From assembly GCA_030141605.1 (NCBI GenBank), contig JAQGDQ010002411.1:6021-70020 (forward strand): 64,000 bases of DNA, in the 5' to 3' direction. The translations under genes were made by a program, and so were the position numbers. Source of the stretch: Tubiluchus corallicola. Lineage: Eukaryota; Animalia; Priapulida. Below the pieces are notes generated by a model. That model was not told the DNA's origin and searched no databases. It was given only the letters and a program-made list of their open reading frames with translations. Below, piece by piece: positions 17,567 through 26,823 of the stretch; position 1 is the stretch's first letter; every line of letters begins with the position of its first letter.

Positions 17567-18628
17567 TTATCCATTTTGTATTTCATTTACTATCTGCGAG
17601 GCTGTATTGCCTGTGCCATAAAGTTCTATATCAAAGTCAATCTTATTTTTCATAGTGTTGTAATAAATGCTGAGGATTCTATTTTTATCTGTTCCTGCAA
17701 GAGTATTTACTTTATTTTCTATTAGTTCTACCCACTCAGTTTCATCTCGTAAAGTTACACAAGGTTTTTTAAAAAAGAAAGCTTCTTTTTGCAAGCCTCC
17801 GCTGTCTGTCATTACTGCTTGGCAATTTTGTAATAGATATATCATTTCTAAATATCCGACAGGTTCTATAATATCAAAGTTAATTTTTATTTTATAATCA
17901 CCTATGACTTTTCTTGTTCTAGGGTGTAATGGCACAATAATTTGTGTCTCCTATGCTATTTTATTGAAGGCATCAATAATATTCTTAAGTTTTGTAGTGT
18001 TGTTCGTATTTTCTTCTCTATGTATAGTAGCTAATACGAAGTTGTTTTTTATTTTTATGGAATGTGGCTTTTGAACATATTTTTTGTAGTATAATGCAGC
18101 ATCATACATTACATCGCCACTTTCGACAATTTTACAGTTAAATTTTTCAAAGCCTTCTTTTTTAAGATTTTTTACTGCTGTTTTAGTTGGGCATAGCAGC
18201 AAGTTACTTATCCTATCTGTTAAGATTCTATTGACTTCTTCAGGCATTTGCATATTAAAGCTTCTTAAACCTGCTTCTATGTGTGCTATTTTTATATGGA
18301 GTTTTTTAGAAGCTAAAGCTCCTGCAAGTGTTGAATTTGTATCGCCATATACTAATACCCAATCAGGTTCTTCTTTTATTAATATCCTTTCTATTCTTTC
18401 TAACATCCTTCCAGTCATTGCTCCGTGTGTAGCAGTACCAATTTCTAAGTTATAGCGAGGCTCAGGTATACGCATTTGTTCAAAGAATATATCGCTCATA
18501 TTCTTATCAAAATGTTGCCCTGTGTGAATAATCACCTCTTCTATATTGCTATGTTTTTGTATTTCTCTACTTACTACAGCTGCTTTTACAAATTGAGGTC
18601 TTGCTCCTATAATGGTAGCGATTTTCAT
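17567..18628 (-). pseudogene. wecB: Non-hydrolysing UDP-GlcNAc 2-epimerase (WbpI/WecB-like), interrupted by one in-frame TAG at 17951-17953
   Basis: The GARPQFVK, HTGQH, GDTNSTLAG, HIEAGLRS half and the PLHPRT, TDSGGLQKEA half are in the same frame: FNKIA*ETQIIVPLHPRT. Confidence 0.88.
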
Positions 18629-18638
18629 ATTTTATTTG

Positions 18639-19769
18639 TTAGTTAAAGTATTGTAGAATTGTTTTTGTTATATATTCTAATTGTTCTTTTGTTAGTTCTG
18701 TGTGCATAGGCAGAGATACTACATTTTTGCATAGTTTTTCGGTGGTAGGCAAGTCGCCTTCATTGTATCCTAAATATAGATAAGCTTCTTGCAAATGTAA
18801 TGGAACAGGATAGTATATCCCTGTGGGGATATCTTTGGCTTGCAGGTATTTAATAAAGTTTTCTCTGTTTATACTGTTGTCTAAAGTAATGGCATATTGA
18901 TGGTAGGTGTGCGTTGAATTAAGCGATTTAAAAGGTGTTTTTAAAAAGTGACAGCTTAGTAGTTGTTCATCGTAAAATTCAGCAACTTTTTGCCTTTTTT
19001 CTGCATATTGGTTAAGGTATTTTAATTTTATGTTGAGTATTGCGGCTTGCAGGGTGTCTAAACGTGAATTAACACCAATGTATTTGTAGTGATATTTCTT
19101 TATACTTCCGTGCTGGCATATTGCCTGTATTTTTTCTGCTAATTTGTCAGAATTAGTGACTATTGCCCCTCCATCGCCATAGCAGCCTAAATTTTTGGAA
19201 GGGAAAAATGAAAAGCAACCAATAGTACCAATAGTTCCAGCTTTCTTTATGGTTTTATCATTAAACTGATACTCTGTCCCTATAGCTTGGCAAGCATCTT
19301 CTATTATGTGTAAACCGTACTCTCTCGCAATGTTTGTAATTTCTTCCATATTGCAAATCTGTCCATATAAATGAACAGGCATTATTGCTTTGGTTTTTGA
19401 TGAAATTACTTTCTTTATTTCTGTTGGATTTATGTTGAATGTATGTGGTTCTACATCTACTAACACAGGTTTTAATCCTAAGAGGACTATTACTTCTACG
19501 GTTGCTCCAAAGGTAAAGGAGGGGACAATAATTTCATCTCCTTTTTGTAAGTCAAGAGCCATTAGAGCTATTTGCAAAGCGTCAGTTCCATTCCCGCAAG
19601 TTATAACGTGTGGGGTATTTAGATAATGAGCAAGTTCTTCTTGGAATTTATTTACTTCTCCCCCTTTTATAAAGATAGATTTGTCTAATACTTTTAAAAT
19701 AGCATTGTCTATCTCTTCCCTAATATTGAGGTATTGCTTTTTTAAATCTACTAATTGTATTTTATCCAT
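18639..19769 (-). CDS. DegT/DnrJ/EryC1/StrS aminotransferase (WbpE-like)
   Basis: NGTDALQIALMAL, IEDACQAIG, SFFPSKNLGCYGDGGA, GVNSRLDTLQAA. Confidence 0.92.
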   Translation of the reverse strand: MDKIQLVDLKKQYLNIREEIDNAILKVLDKSIFIKGGEVNKFQEELAHYLNTPHVITCGNGTDALQIALMALDLQKGDEIIVPSFTFGATVEVIVLLGLKPVLVDVEPHTFNINPTEIKKVISSKTKAIMPVHLYGQICNMEEITNIAREYGLHIIEDACQAIGTEYQFNDKTIKKAGTIGTIGCFSFFPSKNLGCYGDGGAIVTNSDKLAEKIQAICQHGSIKKYHYKYIGVNSRLDTLQAAILNIKLKYLNQYAEKRQKVAEFYDEQLLSCHFLKTPFKSLNSTHTYHQYAITLDNSINRENFIKYLQAKDIPTGIYYPVPLHLQEAYLYLGYNEGDLPTTEKLCKNVVSLPMHTELTKEQLEYITKTILQYFN

Positions 19770-19805
19770 TATTCCAATAGAGAGAATATCTTGCTGTTAA
19801 ATTAA

Positions 19806-21098
19806 TTACAAACTCCAGTAATCTAACCCCTCCATTTTATTTCTATAAATACCTTTAATGTCAAAAAGAATACCTTTATTTTTAGTCATCAATTGAGTAA
19901 AATAATTTTCTTCTAATTGGGCATATTCTTGATGTGCTACGGCTAAGATAATAGCGTTGTAATTGTTGTCAGGTTCTTTTTGTAAAGTAATTTGATACTC
20001 TTCTTTTATCTCATTAGCATTTGCATTAGGGTCTATGCAATGGACGTTCACTCCATATGTTTTTAGTTCCTTTATTATATCCATTACTTTTGAATTTCTA
20101 ATATCTGATACATTCTCCTTAAAGGTAAGTCCCATTACTAGCACTTTTGAAGCAAGTATATTTGTTCCTTTTGCAATAAGTTTTCTTATTACTTGCTTGG
20201 CAATGTAGCCGCCCATAGAGTCGTTAATAAATCGTCCCGCATTTATCATCTGTGGGTGATATTTTAATTCTTTAGCTTTATGTACAAGGTAGTAAGGGTC
20301 TACACCTATACAATGTCCGCCAACCAATCCCGGATGAAATTTTAAGAAGTTCCATTTTGTGCCTGCTGCTTCTAATACATCATAAGTATTGAGGTTCATT
20401 TTTGAGAAAAGTATAGAAAGTTCGTTTATCAAGGCAATATTAACGTCTCTCTGTGTATTTTCTATTACTTTGGCAGCTTCTGCGGCAGCTATTGAGGGTG
20501 CTTTATGTAGCCCTGCTTCAATAATTTGTGCGTATACTTTCGTAATGTTTTGCAGAGCTTTATCATCGCAGCCTGATACTATTTTGACGGTATTGGTAAG
20601 AGTGTGAACTTTATCACCTGGATTGATACGTTCAGGGGAATAGCCTACTTTAAAATCGGTTTTGTACTTCAGTCCTGATATTTTTTTCAACAGAGGCACG
20701 CATTTTTCTTCTGTAGTATGTGGATAAACTGTTGATTCATAGACAATGTAATCGCCTTCTTTTAAGTTTTGAGCCACAAGTTTAGTAGCAGATAATAAAG
20801 GCTGCAAGTCAGGGATGTTATATTTATCAATAGGAGTAGGAACGCCAATAATATAAAAACTTGCTTTTGATAAATTGTCAGGGTCAGAGGTAAACTCTAT
20901 ATCTGTATTTTGAAAAGCTGTCTTTGAAAGTTCATTACTTGGGTCTTGTTTTTTCTTGAGTTGCTGTATCCGTTTTTCATTGATGTCAAATCCTATAACG
21001 GAGAACTTTCTCGCAAATTCCAAAGCAAGTGGCAGCCCTACATAACCCAAACCAATAATAGCCAGTTTATTTTGTTTATTAATAAGTTTATTATACAT
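19806..21098 (-). CDS. UDP-N-acetylhexosamine 6-dehydrogenase (WbpA/WbpO/TviB-like)
   Basis: IGLGYVGLP, YESTVYP, GYSPERINPGD, GLVGGHCIGVDPYYL. The probable start is the ATG at 21098 (MYNKLINK). Confidence 0.9.
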   Translation of the reverse strand: MYNKLINKQNKLAIIGLGYVGLPLALEFARKFSVIGFDINEKRIQQLKKKQDPSNELSKTAFQNTDIEFTSDPDNLSKASFYIIGVPTPIDKYNIPDLQPLLSATKLVAQNLKEGDYIVYESTVYPHTTEEKCVPLLKKISGLKYKTDFKVGYSPERINPGDKVHTLTNTVKIVSGCDDKALQNITKVYAQIIEAGLHKAPSIAAAEAAKVIENTQRDVNIALINELSILFSKMNLNTYDVLEAAGTKWNFLKFHPGLVGGHCIGVDPYYLVHKAKELKYHPQMINAGRFINDSMGGYIAKQVIRKLIAKGTNILASKVLVMGLTFKENVSDIRNSKVMDIIKELKTYGVNVHCIDPNANANEIKEEYQITLQKEPDNNYNAIILAVAHQEYAQLEENYFTQLMTKNKGILFDIKGIYRNKMEGLDYWSL

Positions 21099-21149
21099 AT
21101 AAAATAGTAAAGTTGAGTGTTGACTTGGTAAAAATATACAATTATTTTT

Positions 21150-21157
21150 TATATTTG
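21150..21157 (+). promoter_or_regulatory. -7 promoter element (TATATTTG) for pgm
   Basis: TAnnTTTG followed by CC, 37 nt before the ATG. Confidence 0.65.
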
Positions 21158-21194
21158 CCATTCAATGGAAAAATATAAAAACCTTTAATAAATT

Positions 21195-22934
21195 ATGCTA
21201 GAGACTAAACTATTATCCGAAGTAAAAGAAAAAGCTGGTAAATGGCTTAAAAGTAACATAGATGATGATACTCGCAAAGAGATAGAAATAATGTTGTCAA
21301 AAGACGATGATGAATTGATAGAGACTTTTTATCGTGATTTGGAATTTGGCACAGGTGGTTTGAGAGGTATAATGGGAGTAGGGTCGAACCGAATGAATAT
21401 TTATACAGTAGGTATGGCTACACAAGGTTTGTGCAACTATCTGCTTAAAGAATTTAAGAGCAAGGGTGAGATAAGTGCGGCAATAGCTTACGATTGTAGA
21501 AACAATAGCCCATTGTTTGCAGAAACTACGGCTAAAATTTTCACGGCTAATGGTATCAAGGTATACCTTTTTGAGGCTCTTCGCCCTACACCCGAACTAT
21601 CGTTTGCCATTAGACATTATGGTTGTCAAAGTGGTGTGGTGATTACTGCTTCACATAACCCCAAAGAATACAACGGCTATAAAGCCTATTGGGAAGACGG
21701 AGGGCAAGTGATAGCTCCTCACGATGTGAACATTATAGAGGAAGTGAAAAAGATAAGTAGTATTGATGAGGTGAAATTTGACGGAGATAGTAGTAAAATA
21801 AAGAACTTAGGAAAAGAATTTGACAAAATATATGTAAAAAAGCTAAAAGAACTATCTATTGGTCCAGAGATGATAGCAGAGCAAAGCGACCTGAAAATAG
21901 TTTATACCCCCATACACGGTACAGGTGTGCATTTAGTGCCTGAAAGTTTAAAAGCATTTGGCTTTAAGAATGTAATTAACGTGCCAGAACAAGATGTGGT
22001 GGATGGTAATTTCCCTACGGTGATATCGCCCAACCCAGAAGAGCCTGCTGCCCTAAAAATGGCATTGGAAAAAGCAAAAGAAACTAATGCAGATATTGTA
22101 ATGGCTACCGACCCAGATAGTGATAGGGTAGGTATTGCAGTAAGAAACGACAAGGGAGAGTTTATTTTACTGAATGGTAACCAAACTGGGGCTATTTTGG
22201 AATATTACATTATCTCGCAGATGAAAGCGAAGAATTTGTTAAGGAAAGATGATTATGTAGTAAAAACAATAGTTACTTCGGAATTGATTGCGGATATTGC
22301 AAAAAAGAATGGGATAGAGGTGTATGATGTGCTGACAGGTTTTAAGTTCATTGCTGATATAATGAAAAAGAACGAGGGTAAGAAGCGATTTATATATGGT
22401 GGTGAGGAAAGCTATGGTTACCTTATGGGAGAGTTTGTAAGGGATAAAGATGCTGTAATGTCGTGTGCGTTGTTAGCAGAGACGGCAGCTTGGGCAAAGA
22501 GCAAGGGTAAAACAATGTATGAACTCTTGAAAGAAATATATAAAGAATATGGTTTCTACTTAGAAAAACTAAAAAATCTTGTAAAAAAAGGCAAAGAAGG
22601 TGCGGAAGAGATACAAGCTATTATGGATGGATATAGAGGTAATCCTCCAAAAGAAATAGGAAGTTCGAGAGTAGTAAGAGTGAAAGACTACCTGTTGCAA
22701 ATAGATAAAAATACATTAACAAAACAAGAAAGTGAAATAACACTACCTAAGTCTAATGTTTTGCAATTTTTCTTAGAAGATGGAACAAAAATATCAGTTC
22801 GCCCATCAGGTACAGAGCCTAAAATAAAATACTATTTTAGTGTGAAAGAAGATATGGCTGGGGATATTGATAGTGTTATGAAAAAAGCAGGAGAAAGGAT
22901 AGAACAAATGCAGATAAGTTTAAAAACAGTATAA
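21195..22934 (+). CDS. pgm: Phosphoglucomutase/phosphomannomutase
   Basis: FGTGGLRG, ITASHNP, TDPDSDR, GGEESYG, RPSGTEPKIK. Confidence 0.95.
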   Translation: MLETKLLSEVKEKAGKWLKSNIDDDTRKEIEIMLSKDDDELIETFYRDLEFGTGGLRGIMGVGSNRMNIYTVGMATQGLCNYLLKEFKSKGEISAAIAYDCRNNSPLFAETTAKIFTANGIKVYLFEALRPTPELSFAIRHYGCQSGVVITASHNPKEYNGYKAYWEDGGQVIAPHDVNIIEEVKKISSIDEVKFDGDSSKIKNLGKEFDKIYVKKLKELSIGPEMIAEQSDLKIVYTPIHGTGVHLVPESLKAFGFKNVINVPEQDVVDGNFPTVISPNPEEPAALKMALEKAKETNADIVMATDPDSDRVGIAVRNDKGEFILLNGNQTGAILEYYIISQMKAKNLLRKDDYVVKTIVTSELIADIAKKNGIEVYDVLTGFKFIADIMKKNEGKKRFIYGGEESYGYLMGEFVRDKDAVMSCALLAETAAWAKSKGKTMYELLKEIYKEYGFYLEKLKNLVKKGKEGAEEIQAIMDGYRGNPPKEIGSSRVVRVKDYLLQIDKNTLTKQESEITLPKSNVLQFFLEDGTKISVRPSGTEPKIKYYFSVKEDMAGDIDSVMKKAGERIEQMQISLKTV

Positions 22935-22949
22935 TTAAAAGAAGAAAAT

Positions 22950-24164
22950 ATGAATATTGGAATGATTTTAGGAGAGTATTTCCCTGAAGATATAAGAGTT
23001 AGCAAAGAGGCCAAATCTCTTATAAATGCTGGTTTTAATGTTTCACTGCTGTGCTTGAGACGTAAAGGAGAAAAATACAATGATGTTATAAAGGGTATAA
23101 AAGTGAGAAGAATAGATGCAGGGAAAAATAATGTGCAACAAACACTATGGAGTTCCTTTATTTCATTTGGAATTCTGCATCCTATTTTCAAAAAGAAGCT
23201 AAAAAAGTTCATAACTGATAATGAATTGAGGGTGCTTCACGTACACGATCTGCCTTTATTTAAAACAGCACTATATTATAGGAATAAATACAAATTAAAA
23301 ATTGTTCTTGATTTACATGAAAATTATCCAGAAGCAATAAAAATATGGTTCAAATGGAGAAAAAATATAGGAATAAAATTAAAAAATAAAATTTTGTATA
23401 ATTATGATAAATGGCTCAAATATGAAGAATATGCCATAGACAAAGCAGATTATGTAATTACTGTGGTTGAAGAAATGACAGAAAGGCTAAAAATAAAGCA
23501 CAGTGTAAAATGCAATAACTTTACAGTAATTTCTAATAAGGAGGAAAAAGCATTTGCAGAGCAAGTCTTGATTAAAGATATATACAAAGATGTTAAAGAT
23601 AAATTTATAATAACCTATACGGGAGGGATAGCACCTCACAGGGGTGTAGAAGTAGCTATTGAGGGAATGAAATATATAAATAATGATGAGATAGTACTAG
23701 CAATTGTAGGAGGGAGTAACAAAGATAATCTTATAAAATTAAACAAAATAATAGTGGAGAATAATTTAAAAAGTAAAGTATGTTATTTGGGAAAGCAGCC
23801 TTTTAGTAAAGTTTTTTCCTATATGAAAATGGCATCTGTTAATATTGTTCCTCATAATAAGAATGAACAGACTAATAACTCTATGCCTCATAAATTATAT
23901 CAAGGAATGATGACTGGTAATCCAGTGTTGGTTAGTGACACAAAGCCATTGCAGCGCGTTGTAAAAAAATTAGGTAGTGGTTTAGTTTTTAAAACAGGAG
24001 ATCCTCAAAGTTTTGCGAAAAAAATAATGAAACTATATGATAATAAAGAGTTGAAAGAAGAATTAGGAAGAAATGGTTTTAATAAAACAGTTAAAGAAAA
24101 TGAAAACTGGGAAACCGAAGGTGAAAAATTAGTAAGTTTATATCAGAAAATTATAAGTAAGTAG
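22950..24164 (+). CDS. Glycosyltransferase family 4
   Basis: DIRVSKEAKSL, HVHDLP, DLHENYPE, PHKLYQGMMTGNPV. Confidence 0.85.
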   Translation: MNIGMILGEYFPEDIRVSKEAKSLINAGFNVSLLCLRRKGEKYNDVIKGIKVRRIDAGKNNVQQTLWSSFISFGILHPIFKKKLKKFITDNELRVLHVHDLPLFKTALYYRNKYKLKIVLDLHENYPEAIKIWFKWRKNIGIKLKNKILYNYDKWLKYEEYAIDKADYVITVVEEMTERLKIKHSVKCNNFTVISNKEEKAFAEQVLIKDIYKDVKDKFIITYTGGIAPHRGVEVAIEGMKYINNDEIVLAIVGGSNKDNLIKLNKIIVENNLKSKVCYLGKQPFSKVFSYMKMASVNIVPHNKNEQTNNSMPHKLYQGMMTGNPVLVSDTKPLQRVVKKLGSGLVFKTGDPQSFAKKIMKLYDNKELKEELGRNGFNKTVKENENWETEGEKLVSLYQKIISK

Positions 24165-24216
24165 ATATTCTTTATGATGTATTATTATTCTTTTATTTTC
24201 AAAAATATAACATATT

Positions 24217-24379
24217 ATGGAATTTATGAAAAATTATGCTTTAAATAAGCGATATAATGACACGCTAAATTTTATTAAAGATACCATATTCAGATGAAGT
24301 GTTAGATTTAAGTATGGACAACGCTATGAGAAAGATGAAAGAAAAGCTAGAAGAATTTTATAAGTTAAAAGAGAAATAA
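24217..24379 (+). pseudogene. Short gene remnant, possibly a deleted methyltransferase
   Basis: MEFMKNYALNKRYNDTLNFIKDTI, then a frameshift to SDEVLDLSMDN...KEK*. Its TAA overlaps the next ATG (TAATG). Confidence 0.4.
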
Positions 24380-25464
24380 TGAAAAAGAAAATAATGAAAA
24401 AGAAAATAATATTTATATACCCCTTTATGGCTTCTTTTATAAGGAATGATATAGATATTTTACAAAAGTATTATACTGTCATACCATACCAATTTAAATT
24501 TAAAAGAGCAGGTAAATTATTTATATTACTTACTTTTATAGCTCAATTTTTTTTTCTGTTAAAGAATATATTAAAAGCAAAAATAGTTATTGTTTCTTTT
24601 GGGGGTTACTTATCTTTATTACCTGTTTTATTTGCAAGAATATTCATGCGAAAATCTTTTATAATTCTTCATGGTATTGACTGTGCTTCTGTACCAGGAA
24701 TAATAAGTTGTAAATATGGATACGGATGTTTTAGCAGAGGTATTCGCGCCTTTTTTCCTAGATGGTCGTATAGATTTGCAACGAGGCTGTTACCTGTAAG
24801 TGATTCATTGATTTATACAGAAAATAACTACTATACTTCAACAACAATGAAACAAGGGGCTAGATATTTTGTTCCAGATTTAAAAGAATCTCTTTTTACA
24901 GTTGTTCATAATGGTATTGATGTAGGAAAATGGAAGCCAAATAAAGTAAAAAAAATAAATAATAGTTTTATAACTGTTGTTTCTAATGAAAAGCAATTTG
25001 TGAGAAAAGGGGTTGACTTAATAATTAAATTGGCAACTTTTTATCCTGATTATTCTTTTCATATTGCAGGTATTTCGGACTTAAACAATATGCCGCAGGT
25101 AAGTCCTAATGTTTATTTTTATGGTTTTATGTCGCCAGATAAATTAAGATTATTAGTTAGCGAGTCTCAGTTTTATTTTCAACTATCAATCTATGAAGGA
25201 TTTGGATGTGCTCTATGTGAAGCTATGTTATGCGAATGTATCCCAATAGTTTCTAATGTGAATTTTTTACCTGATATGATAAAAGATTCTGGCTTTGTAC
25301 TCAAGAGACGCGATATGAATATGTTGCGAGAATTGGTGGATACTGCTGTCAATACAGAGAATAAAAAGGAACTGGGAGAAAAAGCACGGCGGCGAATAGT
25401 TGATAATTTTTCGCTGGAGAAAAGAGAAAAGAAATTAATAGAAATTATAGAAGATAAACATTAA
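24379..25464 (+). CDS. Glycosyltransferase family 4
   Basis: SFIRNDIDIL, RKGVDLI, EGFGCALCEAMLCECIP. The start lies within a 15-bp tandem duplication. Confidence 0.87.
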   Translation: MKKKIMKKKIIFIYPFMASFIRNDIDILQKYYTVIPYQFKFKRAGKLFILLTFIAQFFFLLKNILKAKIVIVSFGGYLSLLPVLFARIFMRKSFIILHGIDCASVPGIISCKYGYGCFSRGIRAFFPRWSYRFATRLLPVSDSLIYTENNYYTSTTMKQGARYFVPDLKESLFTVVHNGIDVGKWKPNKVKKINNSFITVVSNEKQFVRKGVDLIIKLATFYPDYSFHIAGISDLNNMPQVSPNVYFYGFMSPDKLRLLVSESQFYFQLSIYEGFGCALCEAMLCECIPIVSNVNFLPDMIKDSGFVLKRRDMNMLRELVDTAVNTENKKELGEKARRRIVDNFSLEKREKKLIEIIEDKH

Positions 25465-26148
25465 TTAGTTTAATTTCTTGTAGATGTAAAAGTCCGCAAA
25501 AGAAGTCAAATCAGGGTTAAGAGGATCGTGTTTGTATTTATTGTCTATCTTCTTTATTAGTTCCCAATTGTTTATATGTGTTTCTACCCATTTCGTGAAT
25601 TTTCTTTGTTTTACGTGAATTTTTTGAGGTTTTTCATCGTCGCTTGAATAAATAATTACATACTTGTTTGAAGAATTGAAAAGATTAATCATATATTCTT
25701 CAAAAATGTTATCTTCTGTTAAATGATAGATAACATCTAAGGAGATTGATAAGTCTGATTTAGGCTTAATATTTTCATTGATATTATCTACATTATATAA
25801 GAAAAACTTTTTTGTTTTGTCCTCTTTAAATTTATTTTTACATATTTTAACAGCAGTTTCTGATATATCAAAACCAATGTACTTTGAATAATTAGATAAT
25901 GAAAGCTGATTCCCATCTCCACACCCAAATTCAATTATTTTATTAATATTGTTTTCTTTTACAAAAGAGTTGATTATTTCTGCCTTAAACTTTGCAAGTC
26001 TATTATACGAACCTGCTCCTGAGTTTCCTCCTGTTTTATATCTTTTTTCCCAGTATTCTTTTGTTCCTTTAAATGTTTTTGTTTTAAAGGTTTCGACAGT
26101 TTGCTTAATTATAGGAATTTTGGCAATACCTGTTTTTATTTTTTTCAT
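25465..26148 (-). CDS. Class I SAM-dependent methyltransferase
   Basis: YWEKRYKTGGNSGAGSY, IEFGCGDG, SLDVIYHL. Confidence 0.85.
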   Translation of the reverse strand: MKKIKTGIAKIPIIKQTVETFKTKTFKGTKEYWEKRYKTGGNSGAGSYNRLAKFKAEIINSFVKENNINKIIEFGCGDGNQLSLSNYSKYIGFDISETAVKICKNKFKEDKTKKFFLYNVDNINENIKPKSDLSISLDVIYHLTEDNIFEEYMINLFNSSNKYVIIYSSDDEKPQKIHVKQRKFTKWVETHINNWELIKKIDNKYKHDPLNPDLTSFADFYIYKKLN

Positions 26149-26174
26149 TTTAATCTCTTTTATGAAGAGTTAAT

Positions 26175-26774
26175 CTATACGAGTAAAAAAATCGTTCCTC
26201 CCCCCAGTACATATCCTGCATATATTTGTGCAGGTGTATGTGCATTGAGAGTTAATCTTGCACTCCCTATCAAGCCTGCTGCAAATATAATGAAGTAAAG
26301 TAAAAGATAACTGTCTAATTGGAATTTATTAACAAGTGAGATATAAAATCCCAATAGTCCGCCTATACCTGTAGTGTGTAAACTTATCTTCCATTTGGAG
26401 GATATGAGCGTTGTAATGGCAAGTAATACAAGCGTTGCAAGTAGGTATTGAGGCATTGTGTTATAAAAAGTAAGGTGAAAAGCATTCTTATAGGCAAAAT
26501 AGTAACTTATAATGCAGGGGAATAGTATGTAAATCCTTTCTTTGCAAGATTCTATTTTTATGTTTTGTATGTATCTTAGTCGGATAGATATATAAAGTAT
26601 AAGCAGTGGAATGACAAAAGTGTAGAGAATTATATTAGCATAGGAGAGGAGTTGTATATCAAAAGGTATAGAGTTGTAAGGTGTCTGCGTATTAAAAAGA
26701 ATAATAACTGCATAAAAAGGCATCAGTATAGGGTGTAGGAGAATTGAGATTGTATATGCAAGGTTGTGTATCAT
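26175..26774 (-). CDS. Membrane protein, PAP2-like
   Basis: Several TM segments with KISLH and SARLTLNAHTPAQIYAG motifs. Confidence 0.72.
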   Translation of the reverse strand: MIHNLAYTISILLHPILMPFYAVIILFNTQTPYNSIPFDIQLLSYANIILYTFVIPLLILYISIRLRYIQNIKIESCKERIYILFPCIISYYFAYKNAFHLTFYNTMPQYLLATLVLLAITTLISSKWKISLHTTGIGGLLGFYISLVNKFQLDSYLLLYFIIFAAGLIGSARLTLNAHTPAQIYAGYVLGGGTIFLLV

Positions 26775-26823
26775 TATTTTATTGTATATTTTTAAAGATC
26801 AGGATACATATCTTATTATTTTT

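Noticed and set aside
17951-17953. Genome-wide TAG recoding (code 15 or pyrrolysine) as an explanation for the in-frame TAG codons
   Set aside because: TAG ends genes exactly at their conserved C-termini (pstB YITGRFG*, 52307 KKQKT*), so it is a real stop. No pyl genes are in the window.
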